A stretch of DNA of 64,000 nucleotides from NCBI GenBank assembly GCA_963695345.1, contig OY968769.1, forward strand, positions 864,001 through 928,000, in the 5' to 3' direction. This stretch comes from an uncultured Methanomassiliicoccales archaeon (GTDB lineage Archaea; Thermoplasmatota; Thermoplasmata; Methanomassiliicoccales; UBA472). The notes beneath the pieces were generated by a model. It made no database searches. It was not told the origin of the DNA and saw only the letters and a program-made list of their open reading frames with translations. The position numbers and the translations under genes are program-made. The first letter of the stretch is position 1. Each line of letters begins with the position of its first letter. Below are positions 61,119 to 64,000 of this stretch, one piece after another.

Positions 61119-63062
61119 ATGAACATGGACAACGATCTGCCTGATATCGAATCAGTTGAGTGCCTCAGGGTCCCGATCAAGAAGTTCAAGCCCGATGAGA
61201 TCGAGGAAAAGGTCAAGGAACGGGCATTGGACAAATCGACCCAAGATGTCCTGAGAAAGACGATGAAGGAGGGTACCGATACCGTCTGGGACCGGTTCGA
61301 AAGACAGCAACCCCAATGCAAGTTCTGCACCGAAGGGATATCCTGCCAGCGATGTGCCATGGGACCGTGCCGTCTGATGGGCGGCGACCGCACCAGGGGA
61401 GTATGCGGCGCCGATGCCGACCTGATGGTGGCCAGGAACCTTCTGGACACCATGGCGACGGGCGCCGCCTCCCATTCGGACCATGGAAGGGAAGTGGTGG
61501 AGACACTGCTGAAGACCGCCCGGGGCAAAGCACCCGGTTATGCCGTCAAGGATGAGGAGAAGCTGCAAGCATTGTCCACGGAATATGGTCTGCCCGACTC
61601 TGACCCCATCAATGTAAAGGCAGAGAAGCTGGCATTGGCCATGCTGGAGGAGTTCGGGACCATTAAGGGAGAGATGCAGATGCCCAACCGGGCACCTCAG
61701 GCCTGCATCGACCTCTGGAGGGCGGCAGGCATCCTGCCCCGCAGCATAGACCGCGAGGTGGTCGAGGCCATGCACCGGGTCCATATGGGCGTCGGGGCGG
61801 ACTATTCCGGCTTCCTTCTGCAAGGGATGAGGGCTTCGATGGCCGACGGCTGGGGCGGTTCCATGATGGGTACGGAGATATCGGACGTCCTTTTCGGAAC
61901 ACCGACCATAAAGAGCTCGAAGGTCAACCTGGGCGTGCTCAAACACGACCAGGTGAACATATCCCTGCATGGCCACAATCCGATCCTATCGGAAATGATC
62001 GTCAAGGTGGCCAGCATGCCGGAGATGATCGCCCGCGCGAAAGCAGTGGGTGCGAACGGCATCAATCTGGTGGGGCTGTGCTGCACCGGCAACGAACTCC
62101 TGATGCGAAAAGGCATACCCCAGGCCGGTAACCATCTGGACCAGGAAATGGTCATCACCACCGGTGCGCTCGAGGCCATGGTCGTCGACTACCAGTGCAT
62201 CTTCCCCACCCTGGCGAACACCTCCTCCTGCTACCATACGATGCTGTTCACCACCTCTCCCAAGGCGGTCATTCAGGGCAGCTATTTCGTCGAGATAACT
62301 CCGGAGAACGCTTTCGAGCAATCGAAGAAGATAGTCGCCGCCGCCATCGACAACTATCCCAACCGGGTGAAGGAAAGGGTGCTGATACCGGACGCGCCGG
62401 TCGACGCGATGGTGGGGTTCTCGGTCGAGTCCATAAGGAAGGCCTTGGGAGGTAGTCTGAAGCCCTTGCTGGATGCCGTCGTTTCGGGCAAGATCAGAGG
62501 ATGCGCCGGCATCGTTGGCTGCAATAACCCCCGGATCAAGCATGACTACGGCCATGTCACGCTGGCCAAGGAATTGATCAAACGGGACATACTATGTGTG
62601 GAGACAGGTTGCTCGTCCATCGCCTGCGCCAAGGCGGGACTGCTTCAGCCGAGGTCGATCGACCAGGCCGGAAAAGGATTGCAGGAAGTATGCGGTTCAT
62701 TGGGGATTCCGCCGGTCCTGCACATGGGATCCTGCGTCGACAACAGCCGGATCCTGGCACTGGTGGCGGAGTTGGCCAGAACGGCCGGAGTGCGTATCGA
62801 CCAGCTTCCGGTGGTGGGGGCGGCTCCAGAATGGTACTCTCCAAAGGCGGTTGCGATAGGGGCGTATTTCGTGGGCAGCGGAGTCAGCGTCTGTCTCGGG
62901 GTGATGCCCCATATCGGGGGAAGCCATAACGTGATCAAGACGCTGACGGAGGACCTGGACGGATTGGTCCATGCCAAGTTCTGGGTGGAGCCGAGCCCCC
63001 TGAACGCCGCGGCCTTGATGTCAGACCACATCGAGATGAAGAGGAAGGCCCTGGGAATGTGA
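61119..63062 (+). CDS. cooS: anaerobic Ni-CO dehydrogenase catalytic subunit
   Basis: C..C..G..C..C.MGPC and GVCG (D/B clusters); HGH, CCTGNE, DYQC, GCNN, TGC and GSCVDN (C-cluster ligands). Confidence 0.95.
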   Translation: MNMDNDLPDIESVECLRVPIKKFKPDEIEEKVKERALDKSTQDVLRKTMKEGTDTVWDRFERQQPQCKFCTEGISCQRCAMGPCRLMGGDRTRGVCGADADLMVARNLLDTMATGAASHSDHGREVVETLLKTARGKAPGYAVKDEEKLQALSTEYGLPDSDPINVKAEKLALAMLEEFGTIKGEMQMPNRAPQACIDLWRAAGILPRSIDREVVEAMHRVHMGVGADYSGFLLQGMRASMADGWGGSMMGTEISDVLFGTPTIKSSKVNLGVLKHDQVNISLHGHNPILSEMIVKVASMPEMIARAKAVGANGINLVGLCCTGNELLMRKGIPQAGNHLDQEMVITTGALEAMVVDYQCIFPTLANTSSCYHTMLFTTSPKAVIQGSYFVEITPENAFEQSKKIVAAAIDNYPNRVKERVLIPDAPVDAMVGFSVESIRKALGGSLKPLLDAVVSGKIRGCAGIVGCNNPRIKHDYGHVTLAKELIKRDILCVETGCSSIACAKAGLLQPRSIDQAGKGLQEVCGSLGIPPVLHMGSCVDNSRILALVAELARTAGVRIDQLPVVGAAPEWYSPKAVAIGAYFVGSGVSVCLGVMPHIGGSHNVIKTLTEDLDGLVHAKFWVEPSPLNAAALMSDHIEMKRKALGM

Positions 63063-63250
63063 AGGGGACCGGGGCGCACCCAAGGAGATTGAGGCCGCTC
63101 CCTGACTATTAGAGACGGAATGATTAGGGAAACCCATGGCGATTATTGACCGGCACGAGTTAACTATTGCTACGACCCAGATGTAAAATCGAGCAATTAT
63201 TGAGGGTTGTTTCGATAATGCTTTGAACAAATGACAACATACGATGTTAC

Positions 63251-63976
63251 ATGACCGATTATGCCGAGAGTTCGAGGAAGATGGTCGAAATTCTTGGATT
63301 GAAATATGAACCCGTAGCGGTAACACTGATCAGGAAGGGACAGCCGCTTCCGGAAGGCATCCCGGAACCGGAGAAGGCCGTTAGGCACTGCCAATCAGTC
63401 ATGAGGGCGAGAAAAGGAGAATGCCTGCTGGTCCCGGCAAGCAAGCATGCGTGTCCGGTAGGGGCATCGGCCCTGGGCCTTGTACCCGTCCCTGAAAAGG
63501 TCGCCTCGGGGCAATTCCATTTCGGGCTGGGAATGTACGAGAATGAAGCGGCGGCGAAGCACACCATGGATGTCAGGCCGACGTTCGATGAGAATAGCCT
63601 GGACGCAACCCTTGTGTGCCCGTTGAGCAAGGCCACAAGCCCTCCCGACGTCATAATAGTCACGGGCACCCCGGAACAGCTGTACTGGCTTATTCCCGCC
63701 GCCTCGACCTATGATAAAGGAGGAAGAATCACGATCGAAATGGCGTCATTCCAAGCCAGCTGCGTGGATTCCACCATACTTCCGTACAAGACCGGTGTCC
63801 CTCACCTATCTCTCGGCTGTTATGGATGCAGGAAGAGCACGGACATCGCTCCAGAAGAGATGTTATTGGGATTCAAGGCAGACACCCTCGAACGGACCGT
63901 GGAAATATTGGAGAAATTGAAGGAAAAGGCGATCCCTTCCTGTCGGGATAGACCGGCGGCCCATCCAGCCAAATAA
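63251..63976 (+). CDS. DUF169 family protein
   Basis: PVAV, RHCQ...AR.G, CPVGA.ALG, PDVII...PEQ and SLGC.GCR. Confidence 0.8.
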   Translation: MTDYAESSRKMVEILGLKYEPVAVTLIRKGQPLPEGIPEPEKAVRHCQSVMRARKGECLLVPASKHACPVGASALGLVPVPEKVASGQFHFGLGMYENEAAAKHTMDVRPTFDENSLDATLVCPLSKATSPPDVIIVTGTPEQLYWLIPAASTYDKGGRITIEMASFQASCVDSTILPYKTGVPHLSLGCYGCRKSTDIAPEEMLLGFKADTLERTVEILEKLKEKAIPSCRDRPAAHPAK

Positions 63977-64000
63977 GGACTCTGGCAATCCAATCCCGTC

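Overview
Gene-dense, GC-rich archaeal DNA, most consistent with a Methanomassiliicoccales-type methanogen (Thermoplasmata). This assignment is inferred from gene content: methanogenesis marker 11, a headless fpo operon lacking fpoF/fpoO, Csl4, Nob1, an archaellin and a split glutamate synthase. From left to right the window holds: (1) a tetrahydrofolate C1 cluster (metF, metV, mvhD, two divergent HdrA-like genes, fhs, folD); (2) housekeeping and isoprenoid genes (uppS, a B12 radical SAM enzyme, geranylgeranyl reductase, a long-chain polyprenyl synthase); (3) an fpoABCDHIJ1J2KLMN operon with many frameshifts, probably local consensus errors; (4) RNA-processing genes; (5) gltB1-3 behind a long, apparently structured leader; (6) regulators and a CDF transporter; (7) a MoxR/DUF58 surface-protein operon; (8) an operon with an ABC importer whose permease appears fused to a UbiA/MqnP prenyltransferase, followed by MenG/UbiE and UbiD/MqnL; (9) a stand-alone cooS. 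The best candidate for an undescribed system is the import-prenylate-decarboxylate-methylate operon, a possible quinone salvage route in a lineage thought to lack membrane quinones. No rRNA, tRNA, CRISPR array or transposase was recognised. All family calls come from motifs read by eye, not from database searches.
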